Shown piece by piece: positions 1 to 8,883 of a DNA stretch of 64,000 nucleotides. The stretch is from Clostridia bacterium (lineage in GTDB: Bacteria > Bacillota > Clostridia > Oscillospirales > CAG-272). Position numbers and translations under genes: made by a program. The first letter of the stretch is position 1. Each line of letters opens with the position of its first letter. The stretch covers positions 715 to 64,714 of the forward strand of contig JAFTTS010000140.1 in assembly GCA_017466685.1 (NCBI GenBank). The letters are read 5' to 3'. The notes beneath the pieces were generated by a model. That model was not told the DNA's origin. It made no database searches and saw only the letters and a program-made list of their open reading frames with translations.

Positions 1-76
1 AGTCTTACAAAAGTTTAAATCGAATACAAAGAAACGGAGCCTTGCCGAAATCAAACGGTAAAGCTCCGATTTTTAT

Positions 77-1189
77 TTACTTTACAGGCTTTTTTGCGAA
101 CCGCTTATACAGCGCCAGGCACGAAATGGGAAGCAGTATAACCGGTATGAGCGCATAGAACGGGTTATCTGCGAATATCCAAAGCCAATACGGGGCGGTG
201 AACAAGCGTATATATTTTACAGTCGACAGCAGCAGTGAAATGTCGATGTATATCGGGCAGAGGACAAGTCCCAGAATAAAGAGGAAAAACGTAAATATCT
301 GTATCCTTGCCGCACTACGGAAAATAGCTGCTGCAAACAGTGCGAGTGTCGCGATTGCGAGGGAATAGAGGAATATCGGCAAAAAAAGTTCGGTAAGCGT
401 TGTGTTTTTATTTATGAGGAATGAGACAAACGCCGCCGTTATTGTCGCAAGCATTATACCGATTATCCGCACGCTCATATTCGGGATGACACTGTGAATG
501 AGGGTGTTTTTCATGCCTATGCGATGTGAACAGGCTTCGATATCCTTTGTGACAAGGTCGCATACGCCGTACATCAGCATTACGAGAATGAGCAGTGAGG
601 CAACGGCGAGCGAATATGTACGTGAACGATCGGGAGCTTGTGGGCTGCTTTCTCCGTCAGCCTCGACGTATTCGACCGCGAAGGTGAAGGGAGCGCCATC
701 TGCCATCATGTCTCGGTATTCTGCGATGACCTCGTCTGCGGTTATGGTTGTGTCTGTGATCGAATTTGCACTTATTATCGGTGCGTACTCGGAGAAGATA
801 GCTGTCATCACGTGATTTGAATAAATCGAAAGTAAAAAAGAGGACGGTGAAGTAATAAATGTCACTGATTTGTCTATGTTATCCGACATCAGCAGCTCGT
901 TGAAGCCTTTCGGTATAATGACGCCGCAGTTATATTCCCCCGAGCTTACCTTTTCGCGGAGTTCTTTCTCGTCCGTACAGAGCTCGAAACCGTTTTCCGA
1001 AAGGTGCTTGACGATATTTTTGGAGGAAACGCTTTCGTCAAAATCGCACACTCCCGCTATCGGCATACTCTCGCTTTCACCGAGCGAAACGGAGGCGATC
1101 AGTGCAAATGCGAAAATTATAAGCAGTGTCGGGAAATAGACCGAGCGCAGTGTGCGTTTGACTGCCAGGATGTAATTATACATTGTCAC
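77..1189 (-). CDS. ABC-2-type transporter permease (distal permease of a 4-gene ABC operon)
   Basis: 370-aa ORF with one N-terminal TM helix, a ~170-aa extracytoplasmic segment and a block of C-terminal hydrophobic helices (ABC-2 permease layout). It lies 27 nt downstream of a similarly built permease, on the same strand as an ABC ATPase. Confidence 0.6.
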   Translation of the reverse strand: MTMYNYILAVKRTLRSVYFPTLLIIFAFALIASVSLGESESMPIAGVCDFDESVSSKNIVKHLSENGFELCTDEKELREKVSSGEYNCGVIIPKGFNELLMSDNIDKSVTFITSPSSFLLSIYSNHVMTAIFSEYAPIISANSITDTTITADEVIAEYRDMMADGAPFTFAVEYVEADGESSPQAPDRSRTYSLAVASLLILVMLMYGVCDLVTKDIEACSHRIGMKNTLIHSVIPNMSVRIIGIMLATITAAFVSFLINKNTTLTELFLPIFLYSLAIATLALFAAAIFRSAARIQIFTFFLFILGLVLCPIYIDISLLLSTVKYIRLFTAPYWLWIFADNPFYALIPVILLPISCLALYKRFAKKPVK

Positions 1190-1216
1190 AAAAGCCTCCT
1201 TTCGTTGTGATTCTGT

Positions 1217-2392
1217 TCAGGCGTCACATTTGCCCGAGATGATATTTGTGATGCGTGATTTTATAAGTATTGCCGACAATGCGGCGTATACGAGCGCGAA
1301 ACAGAGTCCGACCGGGTCAGGACTTGCTCCGAACATCGGCTCGATAATTGCTTTTGCCGCTCCAAAGGGACTCATTTGTCCGATGTAACGCACACCGATC
1401 GGGAGCAGCCTTGTCGGGATCAATCCTCCGCAGAGAAGCAGACCGCCGAGCGTGACCAGTGTATTTGAGGTTATGCCGTCACCTGTGCACATTGTCAGGC
1501 AGGCAGAGGACAGGGTTATGAAGTATGCCGCAGCGAGCGGTGTTATGAGATTTACGGTGATACTGAGAGGTTCGCTCAGAGGGAGAATCACGGCGAGGAT
1601 TATTATATAGCGGAAGAGCGTCATTATAACGAGCTTCCAGAGCATGAACCGTGCCGCTCCGAGCTTATATGAAGCAAGCCTGGACAAGAGAGGACGCGTG
1701 CAGTCTCTCATGAAAAACTGTATAAAGAAAAGCGAGATCAGAAATAACATCGCACAGAGCCAGCAGACAACGAAATACTGCACTGTATCGAGTCCGCTGT
1801 TTTCATACGAAAGCTCCTCGACGGTGAAATAACGCTGGGGATCTGCCATGATCTCTGCAAGAAAAGCGGTGTTTGATTTAAGGAGGTAGTCATCGTGTAC
1901 TTCGTCACCTGCGTCATGCTCATCTATCACGTGTTCACCTGCAAAAACTCCGAATTGTCCCGAAACGATAAGCTTTTCACCGAAGTTGACAGCCGATTCG
2001 ATCAGTTCGCCCTGTGACGATACAGTTTTCGAGAGATAGACATTCCCCTGCGACTCTCTGCCGCGAGCGATATCAGATATGAAATTCTCCGGCAGGATTA
2101 TCGCGGCGGTGCATTCTCCGCTTTTTACGGCCTCCATTGCTGATTCCTCGTCTGTCTGTTCAACCGATATCATGGATCGGATATAATCCATTTCGCTTAT
2201 AGTATTAATAAGGATCCGGCTGATAACCGAATCCTCATTGTCAACTATTGCTACCTTTATTATATCGCCTTTACTTGATGCTCCTCCGGTCATCGCCGCT
2301 GCGGCCCCGATGCAGATCGATGCTAAAAGCACAAGCAGCAGGGACGCACGTGCAAGCGAATGAAAGAAGAACTTTAAGTCGCGTTTAAGCAT
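1217..2392 (-). CDS. ABC-2-type transporter permease
   Basis: 391-aa ORF with the same N-TM / large loop / C-terminal multi-TM architecture as the downstream ORF. It follows the lipoprotein gene by 12 nt. Confidence 0.6.
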   Translation of the reverse strand: MLKRDLKFFFHSLARASLLLVLLASICIGAAAAMTGGASSKGDIIKVAIVDNEDSVISRILINTISEMDYIRSMISVEQTDEESAMEAVKSGECTAAIILPENFISDIARGRESQGNVYLSKTVSSQGELIESAVNFGEKLIVSGQFGVFAGEHVIDEHDAGDEVHDDYLLKSNTAFLAEIMADPQRYFTVEELSYENSGLDTVQYFVVCWLCAMLFLISLFFIQFFMRDCTRPLLSRLASYKLGAARFMLWKLVIMTLFRYIIILAVILPLSEPLSITVNLITPLAAAYFITLSSACLTMCTGDGITSNTLVTLGGLLLCGGLIPTRLLPIGVRYIGQMSPFGAAKAIIEPMFGASPDPVGLCFALVYAALSAILIKSRITNIISGKCDA

Positions 2393-2404
2393 AGCGCTTG
2401 ATTT

Positions 2405-3928
2405 TTAATACATACCGAGTACGCTTACGATATCCTGTGCGCTTTCGGAAATTTCGTTAAGCAGGTCTGAAATCGCATATTCATCCATTGCAAGGATATC
2501 GGTGTAAGCACCGTTTGTGGGCATGGTGTCATTGGTGCTTAAGATCAGAGCGATTTCGCCGACGTCAACTGTGACACCCTGTGCGGTTACGGAGTTTACT
2601 GCAAGCGTGATGGAATCCTTTTCGTTAAGAAGCTTGCCCTTAATAGATACGGTCTCGCCCTCGAAGGTTACGCTGGCATCGAGCTCACCGGACTTCTTGT
2701 TCCATTCGATTTCTGCGAGATCTGCCTTATCGCCGTCCATGTTATAGGAGAGTTCTGCGCGGTATGTATCGTTGGTGTCTTCGGTAACGATGTACTTGAT
2801 CCACATTTCATGCGATTCATACTCATCCTTGTAATCAACGCTGAAGCTTATTTCGTCAATGTCGTTTACGGACGGACCGAAAACAGCCTTCATGACAACG
2901 GAGTTCGCGTTTTCGCTGATATCAACAGTTAAACCGATGAGCTCCTTTGAGGACTTCCCGATATGCATTGTGAATGAGAATTTGAAATCTGCAAGGTCTT
3001 CTCTGATATCATCGATGCTGTCAAGTCCCTCGTCGATAGCACCGTTGATAGTGTCCATCAGCTCGTCAACTGCAGGCAGATCATACATTTCTTCGCTGGG
3101 ATAATAAGACTTCATCATTTCAAGCATTGCATCGAGGATTTCCTTAACATCGTCGTTATCCTTGGCAAGCTCAAGTGCGCCCTTGATGATGTCTGCAATC
3201 TGATCGCCGGTGTATGTGAAGTTTACGTCGGTTGTTTTAACATCTTTTCCGCCAACGCTGAGAGTTGCGTCACTTGTTGTGTTTGTGCCGTTATCCTCGA
3301 TGAGAGCGTAAACGTCGTCCTTCAGACCATCCCATACGTCGTTTACTGTTTCTTCGAGAGCGGTGACCTTTTCAGCACGGACTGCATAGTTATCTACCGA
3401 GTCGATTGCCGCACTGATATCTTCAGCCGAGATTCCGAGCGAGAAATAACCGTCCTCACCAAACTGGGAGTTGTTGAAAGCACTGAGGAAGTTATCGGTT
3501 GAGAAGCCGTAAACATCATTGCCGAAGAGGGCATTAGAGGAAACAGAGATCGAATTATCTGCCATATAGAGCAGAAGATCGGCAATTGAAGTACCGCCGG
3601 AGAGAATGTCTGCACGAAGCGCACTTCTTCCGCCGTCAGCATCGCTGTAGCCCTTGATGGATGCGGTGAGGTCGAGACCGCTCACGGGAGCAAATGCCTG
3701 AAGGAGAGTGCCAACGTCCATTTTAAGCTCGATGCTTCCGTCGTTTGCAACCTTTTCGAGCTTATTTACAAGGTCGGATTTTTCGGTAAGCTGGGTGTAA
3801 CTCTTGTCTGCCGCAGCTTCAACTGTTTCCATTGCGGTTTTTTTACTGCCGCAGGAAGCGAATGTAAGAGCGGTCAAAGCTGCGAGTGCTGCACTTGAAA
3901 TTCGGGTTAAAAGCTTGATTTTTGCCAT
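2405..3928 (-). CDS. acidic lipoprotein of unknown function encoded inside the ABC operon
   Basis: 507-aa ORF with a signal peptide and lipobox (LTALTFASC|GSKK). The mature part is very rich in D/E/S/T and I recognise no catalytic motif. It sits 9 nt downstream of the ATPase gene. Confidence 0.65.
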   Translation of the reverse strand: MAKIKLLTRISSAALAALTALTFASCGSKKTAMETVEAAADKSYTQLTEKSDLVNKLEKVANDGSIELKMDVGTLLQAFAPVSGLDLTASIKGYSDADGGRSALRADILSGGTSIADLLLYMADNSISVSSNALFGNDVYGFSTDNFLSAFNNSQFGEDGYFSLGISAEDISAAIDSVDNYAVRAEKVTALEETVNDVWDGLKDDVYALIEDNGTNTTSDATLSVGGKDVKTTDVNFTYTGDQIADIIKGALELAKDNDDVKEILDAMLEMMKSYYPSEEMYDLPAVDELMDTINGAIDEGLDSIDDIREDLADFKFSFTMHIGKSSKELIGLTVDISENANSVVMKAVFGPSVNDIDEISFSVDYKDEYESHEMWIKYIVTEDTNDTYRAELSYNMDGDKADLAEIEWNKKSGELDASVTFEGETVSIKGKLLNEKDSITLAVNSVTAQGVTVDVGEIALILSTNDTMPTNGAYTDILAMDEYAISDLLNEISESAQDIVSVLGMY

Positions 3929-3937
3929 GATTGTTAC

Positions 3938-4624
3938 TCACTTTCTTTTGATGTTTAATAATGTGTCCTTGTAAAATTCCGCAAAAGCTTCTGCGGTTTT
4001 GGTTTGAGTGTCGATTTCCCGACGGCTGACTGTGAGCGGTGGGTTATCGAAAAAGATGATCGTATCGAAGAAGGTGTAAAATTCGCTTGGATCGTGACCG
4101 ACGTAAACGACGGTTTTTCCTTCGCGCTTCCACTTTTCAATGATACCGATAAGCTCGTCACGGAATGTGATATCGAGTGCGGCGCACGGTTCGTCAAGCA
4201 GTATGATCTGCGGATCACCGATGAGAGCACAGGCAATGCTGACCTGTTTTTTCATTCCGCCCGAAAGCTTGGCGACCTTTTTGTTCATATACTCACTGAC
4301 CGAAAAGGGGAGTGTTTCCGGAACACTGCTTTTCGAGAGCTTTGCGAAAAAACGCAGATTTTCCTTGACTGTGGCATCCTCTAAAAGTGCGCTTCCTTGC
4401 GGGATATATCCGATCTTGCCGTTTGCATGAACGGTTCCGGATGAGCTTTTCAGCGCGCCCGAGATAATACCGAGTGCGGTTGATTTGCCCGAGCCGTTTG
4501 GTCCCGCAAAAACCAAACATTCGCCGTCTTCGGCAGAGAAGCTGAGCGATTTTAATATCTCGCTTTTGCCGTATGAAAACGATATGCCGTCAGACCTTAT
4601 CATTTTATGCTGTCGGTTCACCAC
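3938..4624 (-). CDS. ABC transporter ATP-binding protein
   Basis: Walker A GPNGSGKST, ABC signature LSGGMKKQ and Walker B ILLDEP are present. The start is uncertain (GTG at 4624 or ATG at 4603). Confidence 0.9.
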   Translation of the reverse strand: MVNRQHKMIRSDGISFSYGKSEILKSLSFSAEDGECLVFAGPNGSGKSTALGIISGALKSSSGTVHANGKIGYIPQGSALLEDATVKENLRFFAKLSKSSVPETLPFSVSEYMNKKVAKLSGGMKKQVSIACALIGDPQIILLDEPCAALDITFRDELIGIIEKWKREGKTVVYVGHDPSEFYTFFDTIIFFDNPPLTVSRREIDTQTKTAEAFAEFYKDTLLNIKRK

Positions 4625-4649
4625 CTATAATATATCGTTACTATTACAT

Positions 4650-4678
4650 ATTTTATCACATTACAACGCAAATGTCAA
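4650..4678 (-). promoter_or_regulatory. sigma-A-type promoter for the ABC operon
   Basis: On the minus strand, TTGACA (4678..4673), a 17-nt spacer, then TAAAAT (4655..4650), about 25 nt upstream of the ATPase start. Confidence 0.55.
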
Positions 4679-4804
4679 TAGAATGAGCTGTTTTTGGTGA
4701 CTCCTTTACAAACGTAATATTAACAGCAGATTCTACCGCAATTTCCACTGCACCGCTTACTTTGAAAATTTTCTTTATTTGGCTGAGTTTTTTTGAAAAA
4801 CCCC

Positions 4805-4833
4805 TTGACAGATGCGACGAAATATGGTATCAT
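4805..4833 (+). promoter_or_regulatory. sigma-A-type promoter for tRNA-Trp
   Basis: TTGACA (4805-4810), a 17-nt spacer, then TATCAT (4828-4833), 13 nt upstream of the mature tRNA 5' end. Confidence 0.6.
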
Positions 4834-4846
4834 ATATCTGTTGTTT

Positions 4847-4922
4847 AGGGGTATAGTTCAGTTGGTAGAACACCAGTCTCCAAAACTGGGTGTCGTGGGT
4901 TCGAGTCCTTCTGCCCCTGCCA
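4847..4922 (+). tRNA. tRNA-Trp (anticodon CCA), CCA end encoded
   Basis: Hand-folded cloverleaf: acceptor AGGGGTA/TGCCCCT, D arm GTTC/GAAC, anticodon arm CCAGT-CTCCAAA-ACTGG, T arm GTGGG-TTCGAGT-CCTTC (one U.U mismatch), discriminator G and an encoded CCA. Confidence 0.9.
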
Positions 4923-4926
4923 AAAG

Positions 4927-4962
4927 CCTTCTCGGATTAAGTTCGGGAAGGTTTTATTTTTT
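4927..4962 (+). terminator. intrinsic terminator after tRNA-Trp
   Basis: 8-bp stem CCTTCTCG/CGGGAAGG (one G.U), a 9-nt loop, then TTTTATTTTTT. Confidence 0.7.
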
Positions 4963-5064
4963 CACTTTTCACGCTTCGCTTTTCACTGAATCTGTCCGAG
5001 AAGGCTTTTGGAAAGTAATAGGTAAGAGTGAATAGTGAAGAAGTAAGGTAGCTTTTTTCTCATA

Positions 5065-5116
5065 GAAAAACACTCTTTTGTCCTGATGATTGACAAGAGA
5101 GTGCTCTTTTTATTTT
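5065..5116. terminator. bidirectional intrinsic terminator (3' end of the glp operon)
   Basis: 12-bp stem CACTCTTTTGTC/GACAAGAGAGTG (5071-5082 / 5092-5103), flanked by an A-run upstream and a T-run downstream. It lies 10 nt beyond the glpP stop. Confidence 0.7.
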
Positions 5117-5125
5117 ATAGGAATT

Positions 5126-5665
5126 TTACATCTGCCAAAGCTCGGTGCGGCTGGTTGAAACGGCACTGGCTCCGCTCTCTATGGCGTTCTCGATATCACG
5201 CTTCGATTCAATAAGACCGCCTGCGATGATCGGGGTGTCGATCTTCTCACGCAACGACTTTATAACACGCGGTATTATGCCCGGCATTATTTCGATCATG
5301 TCGGCTTTTGAAGCTTTCAGCGATTCAAGTGTTGTTGCTACCGAATGTGAATCGACGATGAAAAAACGCTGTACCGTGAAAATTCCATGCTCACGTGCTG
5401 TTTTGATGATGTTGGTTCGTGTGCTGATTATGCCGTCAACGCCAAGCTTTTTTAAGAAAACTATACCGCTTTCGTCCTTGCCGATTACCGAGGCTAAGTC
5501 TATATGAACAAAATACTGTTTCCCGACGGCGTGCACTGCGTCGAGACGTTTGCCGATGCTGTTTATATCGGGTGACAGATCGAAGATGAGCTTTGGTACA
5601 GTTGTTCCGAGGCTTGCAAAATCCTTATCGGCGCGGAGTGCTGCGATGACGCTGCCTGTTTTCAT
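5126..5665 (-). CDS. glpP: glycerol-3-phosphate-responsive antiterminator GlpP
   Basis: 179-aa product (MKTGSVIAALRAD...IISTRTNIIKTAREHGIFTVQRFFIVDS...PIIAGGLI) matches my recollection of the GlpP family. I chose ATG 5665, preceded by AGGAAAGGA, rather than the track's longer ORF that overlaps the upstream gene. Confidence 0.8.
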   Translation of the reverse strand: MKTGSVIAALRADKDFASLGTTVPKLIFDLSPDINSIGKRLDAVHAVGKQYFVHIDLASVIGKDESGIVFLKKLGVDGIISTRTNIIKTAREHGIFTVQRFFIVDSHSVATTLESLKASKADMIEIMPGIIPRVIKSLREKIDTPIIAGGLIESKRDIENAIESGASAVSTSRTELWQM

Positions 5666-5669
5666 TATT

Positions 5670-6014
5670 TTAGTTCCTTTCCTGAGTTGCGACGATATCG
5701 CTTCCGTATACATCTTTGATTATAACATCTCCGATCCCGATTGGCAAGTGGGCAAGCGAATTGTTTATAATTTTGACACAATCAAACATTTTTTCCTTCG
5801 GTATCGGTCTGCTTGTTTTGACTGCCACAAGTCTGCCGTCGTCGCATTTTACCGTGGATGTTACGGTGCGCATCGGTGAGATACATTCGGTCACGGCATA
5901 TTCCTTGCCACGCACACAGGTGTTTCCGCTGACCGAGATGACGTTTCCCTTATCAAGCTCGACCTCCAGTGTACAGCCGAGAGGGCAGACGATACAGGTT
6001 AGTGTTCGTTTCAT
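5670..6014 (-). CDS. DUF1667-domain protein (small subunit of a clostridial three-gene glycerol-3-P oxidoreductase set)
   Basis: 114 aa with an N-terminal Cys cluster (CIVCPLGC...GNTCVRG). It is typically encoded after the two FAD oxidoreductase genes, as it is here. Confidence 0.75.
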   Translation of the reverse strand: MKRTLTCIVCPLGCTLEVELDKGNVISVSGNTCVRGKEYAVTECISPMRTVTSTVKCDDGRLVAVKTSRPIPKEKMFDCVKIINNSLAHLPIGIGDVIIKDVYGSDIVATQERN

Positions 6015-7249
6015 TACGCTTCCTCCAATACGAATTTGAGTGATTTTGCATAGGCAAAAATTTCACTTTTCAGCTTTACGGCTTCCATTTCACCGGGAGC
6101 CACTTTTTGTTTTTTCTTTGAAAAGACGAGTTTTTCCCCGTCGTAAACATTTATTTTCACGTCGCGGTAAACGTCCGCAACTCGGAAATACACGGTCAGC
6201 TCTTTGGCTTCGGTTATGCGCTGCGGAACTGTGTAACGTATTTTACCGTCGGTCGTTATCGGGATGTTGAGCGTTTTGTTTCGTTTGCCGTCAATATAAT
6301 CCGCCGCACTTTTACCTGCAATTTCGGCTTCGTCGGATACGTAATCAACGAGGTCATGCACGTGCAGGACATTTCCGCAGGCGAAGATACCGTCTACCGA
6401 GGTTTCTCTGTTCTGGTCGACTGCAGCACCGCCCGTTATCTGAGAAAGCGTGGCATCGGTACACTTTGTCAGCTCGTTTTCGGGGATGAGTCCGCAGGAG
6501 AGAAGTAGTGTGTCACAAGGGATGTATTCGCGTGTTTCGGCGATCGGACGGCGGTTTTCGTCCACTTTGGCGATGGTTACGCCCGTCAGACGCTCCTTGC
6601 CGTGAATTTGGGTGACGGTATGTGAGAGCTTTAAGGGGATGTTAAAATCGTTAAGGCACTGCTCGATGTTTCTTGCAAGTCCGCCCGAATACGGCATAAG
6701 TTCACATACAGCCGCGACCTTTGCGCCCTCGAGCGTCATACGTCTTGCCATGATGAGTCCGATATCACCCGAGCCGAGTATGACGACGTTTTTGCCGGGC
6801 ATATAGCCTTTCATGTTGACGAGCTTTTGTGCTGTACCTGCGCTGAATATGCCTGCCGGACGTGTACCTGCAATGTTGAGTGCGCCCTTTGCTCGCTCGC
6901 GGCAGCCCATTGCGAGGATGATCGCTTTTGCTTCTATAGTGAAGATACCGTCCTCGGGATTGGTTGCTGTGATGCGTTTTTCGGGCGTTATATCGAGCAC
7001 CATTGTGTTAAGCTTAAAGGGTATGCCAAGCTCGCGCACCTTTTTTTCATATCTGTATGCATATTCGGGACCGGTCAGCTCCTCGCCGAATTTATGCAGA
7101 CCGAAGCCGTTGTGTATACATTGGCGAAGTATTCCGCCGAGGTTGTCGTCACGCTCAAGGATGAGTATATCGCGTACACCGCGTTCATATGCTGCGACTG
7201 CCGCACTCATTCCTGCAGGGCCGCCGCCGATTATTACGAGATCTGTCAT
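6014..7249 (-). CDS. NAD(P)/FAD-dependent pyridine nucleotide-disulfide-type oxidoreductase
   Basis: N-terminal Rossmann motif IIGGGPAGMSAA and a second dinucleotide motif ILGSGDIGL. Its stop/start overlaps both neighbouring genes. Confidence 0.85.
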   Translation of the reverse strand: MTDLVIIGGGPAGMSAAVAAYERGVRDILILERDDNLGGILRQCIHNGFGLHKFGEELTGPEYAYRYEKKVRELGIPFKLNTMVLDITPEKRITATNPEDGIFTIEAKAIILAMGCRERAKGALNIAGTRPAGIFSAGTAQKLVNMKGYMPGKNVVILGSGDIGLIMARRMTLEGAKVAAVCELMPYSGGLARNIEQCLNDFNIPLKLSHTVTQIHGKERLTGVTIAKVDENRRPIAETREYIPCDTLLLSCGLIPENELTKCTDATLSQITGGAAVDQNRETSVDGIFACGNVLHVHDLVDYVSDEAEIAGKSAADYIDGKRNKTLNIPITTDGKIRYTVPQRITEAKELTVYFRVADVYRDVKINVYDGEKLVFSKKKQKVAPGEMEAVKLKSEIFAYAKSLKFVLEEA

Positions 7250-8682
7250 TATTTATCCTCCTTGGTCTTACCGAGCGCAACATTTGATTCGCCGCCGAAT
7301 TTGGTTACATTTTCATAAGGTATATCGAGCTCACGGGAGAGCAGTTCAATGATATACGGACTGCAGAAGCCGCCTTGACATCTTCCCATCTGTGCACGTG
7401 TACGGCGTTTTACACCGTCGAGATCGGTAGCCCGTGGGTTGGTTCGTATCGCATCGAGTATCTCGCCCTCGGTGACGCCCTCGCAGCGGCAAACTATTCT
7501 GCCGTATGCAGGATTTTCTTTTATCATGCGGTTCTTTTCGTCTATATTCGCTTCACGGAAGGCGTGCATCGGACGGCGTGTTCTTACGTGATCTTCCTTC
7601 TTTTCGAGCTTGAGGCCGTCACTTCCCAAAAGCTCACGAACATATTCCGCGATTGCAGGAGATGCCGAAAGTCCGGGGGATTCTATTCCTGCCGCATTGA
7701 TGAAATGTTCTCTCGGACTGGTTATGATAAAATCGCCTGTGTCGCCGACTGCACGAAGTCCGCAGAATGAGGTGATCGTTTTATTTCGCGGTATATTTTT
7801 GACGGTTTTGGCGGCGATGTCAAAGATAGAGGTGAAAAATTCGGGTGTGGTCGATTTATCGTCCTTATCGACGGTGTCAACGGCTGTCGGCCCGAGGAGA
7901 AGATTATTGTCAACCGTCGGAGAAACGAGGATTCCTTTGCCCATTTTGCTCGGTGTCATGAATATCGTATGTGAAACGGTATTGCCGCATTCTTTATCGA
8001 GGACGAGATATTCACCGCGACGGGGATGCACCGTGAATGTATCGTCTCCGATCATGCGTGCAACTGCATCTGAATATACGCCTGCTGCGTTTACGATAAA
8101 ACGTGCTTTAACCGTGTCGTTCCCTGATGAAATTTCGTAAAAATCCTCATGTGCCGTGATGGTTGTGACAGGGAAGCTGCATTTAAGCTTTGCGCCGTTA
8201 TCCATCGCGTTTCCGATTGCCGCGACGGTCAACTCATACGGACAGACTATTGCGCCGGTCGGTGCGTAGAGTGCACACTTGACACCGTCTGCAATATTCG
8301 GCTCAAGAACGGTGAGACGGTCACGCTCGATTATTTCAAGTCCCTCAACGCCGTTCGTTTTTCCGCGCTCGAGAAGTGTTTCGAGTGTTACTCTGTCCTC
8401 CTCATTGAAGCCGACGACAAGCGAACCGTTGCGTCTGTATTTTACGCCGAGCTCGTGTGTTACGTTCTCCATCATTTTTGAGCCTTTGACGTTCAGCTTT
8501 GCTTTAAGTGAGCCCTCTTTTGCATCAAAGCCTGCGTGTACGATGGCGGAATTTGCCTTGGTTGCACCCATTGCAACGTCGTGTTCCTTTTCGAGTATGC
8601 AGATGTTCAGTTTATAAGCCGCAAGCTCTCTTGCAATCATCGCGCCGACAACACCTGCGCCGATTACGGCAACGTCATACAT
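7249..8682 (-). CDS. FAD-dependent glycerol-3-phosphate dehydrogenase/oxidase-like protein with a BFD-like [2Fe-2S] domain
   Basis: VIGAGVVGAMIAREL FAD motif, plus C-terminal CRCEGVTEGEI...RCQGGFC (BFD-like Cys pattern). ATG 8682 with GAAAGGAGA upstream is preferred over the track start at 8724. Confidence 0.8.
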   Translation of the reverse strand: MYDVAVIGAGVVGAMIARELAAYKLNICILEKEHDVAMGATKANSAIVHAGFDAKEGSLKAKLNVKGSKMMENVTHELGVKYRRNGSLVVGFNEEDRVTLETLLERGKTNGVEGLEIIERDRLTVLEPNIADGVKCALYAPTGAIVCPYELTVAAIGNAMDNGAKLKCSFPVTTITAHEDFYEISSGNDTVKARFIVNAAGVYSDAVARMIGDDTFTVHPRRGEYLVLDKECGNTVSHTIFMTPSKMGKGILVSPTVDNNLLLGPTAVDTVDKDDKSTTPEFFTSIFDIAAKTVKNIPRNKTITSFCGLRAVGDTGDFIITSPREHFINAAGIESPGLSASPAIAEYVRELLGSDGLKLEKKEDHVRTRRPMHAFREANIDEKNRMIKENPAYGRIVCRCEGVTEGEILDAIRTNPRATDLDGVKRRTRAQMGRCQGGFCSPYIIELLSRELDIPYENVTKFGGESNVALGKTKEDK

Positions 8683-8700
8683 AATATTATCTCCTTTCAA

Positions 8701-8763
8701 ATAAAAACAAAAAAAGACGCACAAAACAAAGGCGTTCTCTTACGCCAATGCTTTGATACGTCT
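8701..8763 (-). promoter_or_regulatory. leader terminator/attenuator of the glp operon (candidate GlpP target)
   Basis: In the minus-strand 5' UTR, outer stem AGACG/CGTCT encloses inner stem GGCG/CGCC and is followed by TTTTTTTGTTTTT. It lies between the promoter and the SD of the first gene. Confidence 0.55.
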
Positions 8764-8784
8764 CCAAATCTCTGTATCGCTAAC

Positions 8785-8813
8785 ATTGTAGCACGTTTTT
8801 CCGGATTTGTCAA
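8785..8813 (-). promoter_or_regulatory. sigma-A-type promoter of the glp operon
   Basis: On the minus strand, TTGACA (8813..8808), a 17-nt spacer, then TACAAT (8790..8785). Confidence 0.6.
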
Positions 8814-8831
8814 TAGCTTTTTTCACGGCAC

Positions 8832-8860
8832 TTGACTTATTTTTTGCTTTGTATTATAAT
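8832..8860 (+). promoter_or_regulatory. sigma-A-type promoter of the Crp/Fnr regulator gene
   Basis: TTGACT (8832-8837), a 17-nt spacer, then TATAAT (8855-8860). Confidence 0.6.
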
Positions 8861-8883
8861 AATTATATGTTATCAGGTAAAGA

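Noticed and set aside
4793-5035. An 80-aa plus-strand ORF.
   Set aside because: It is simply a translation through the tRNA-Trp gene and its terminator, so it is not a gene.
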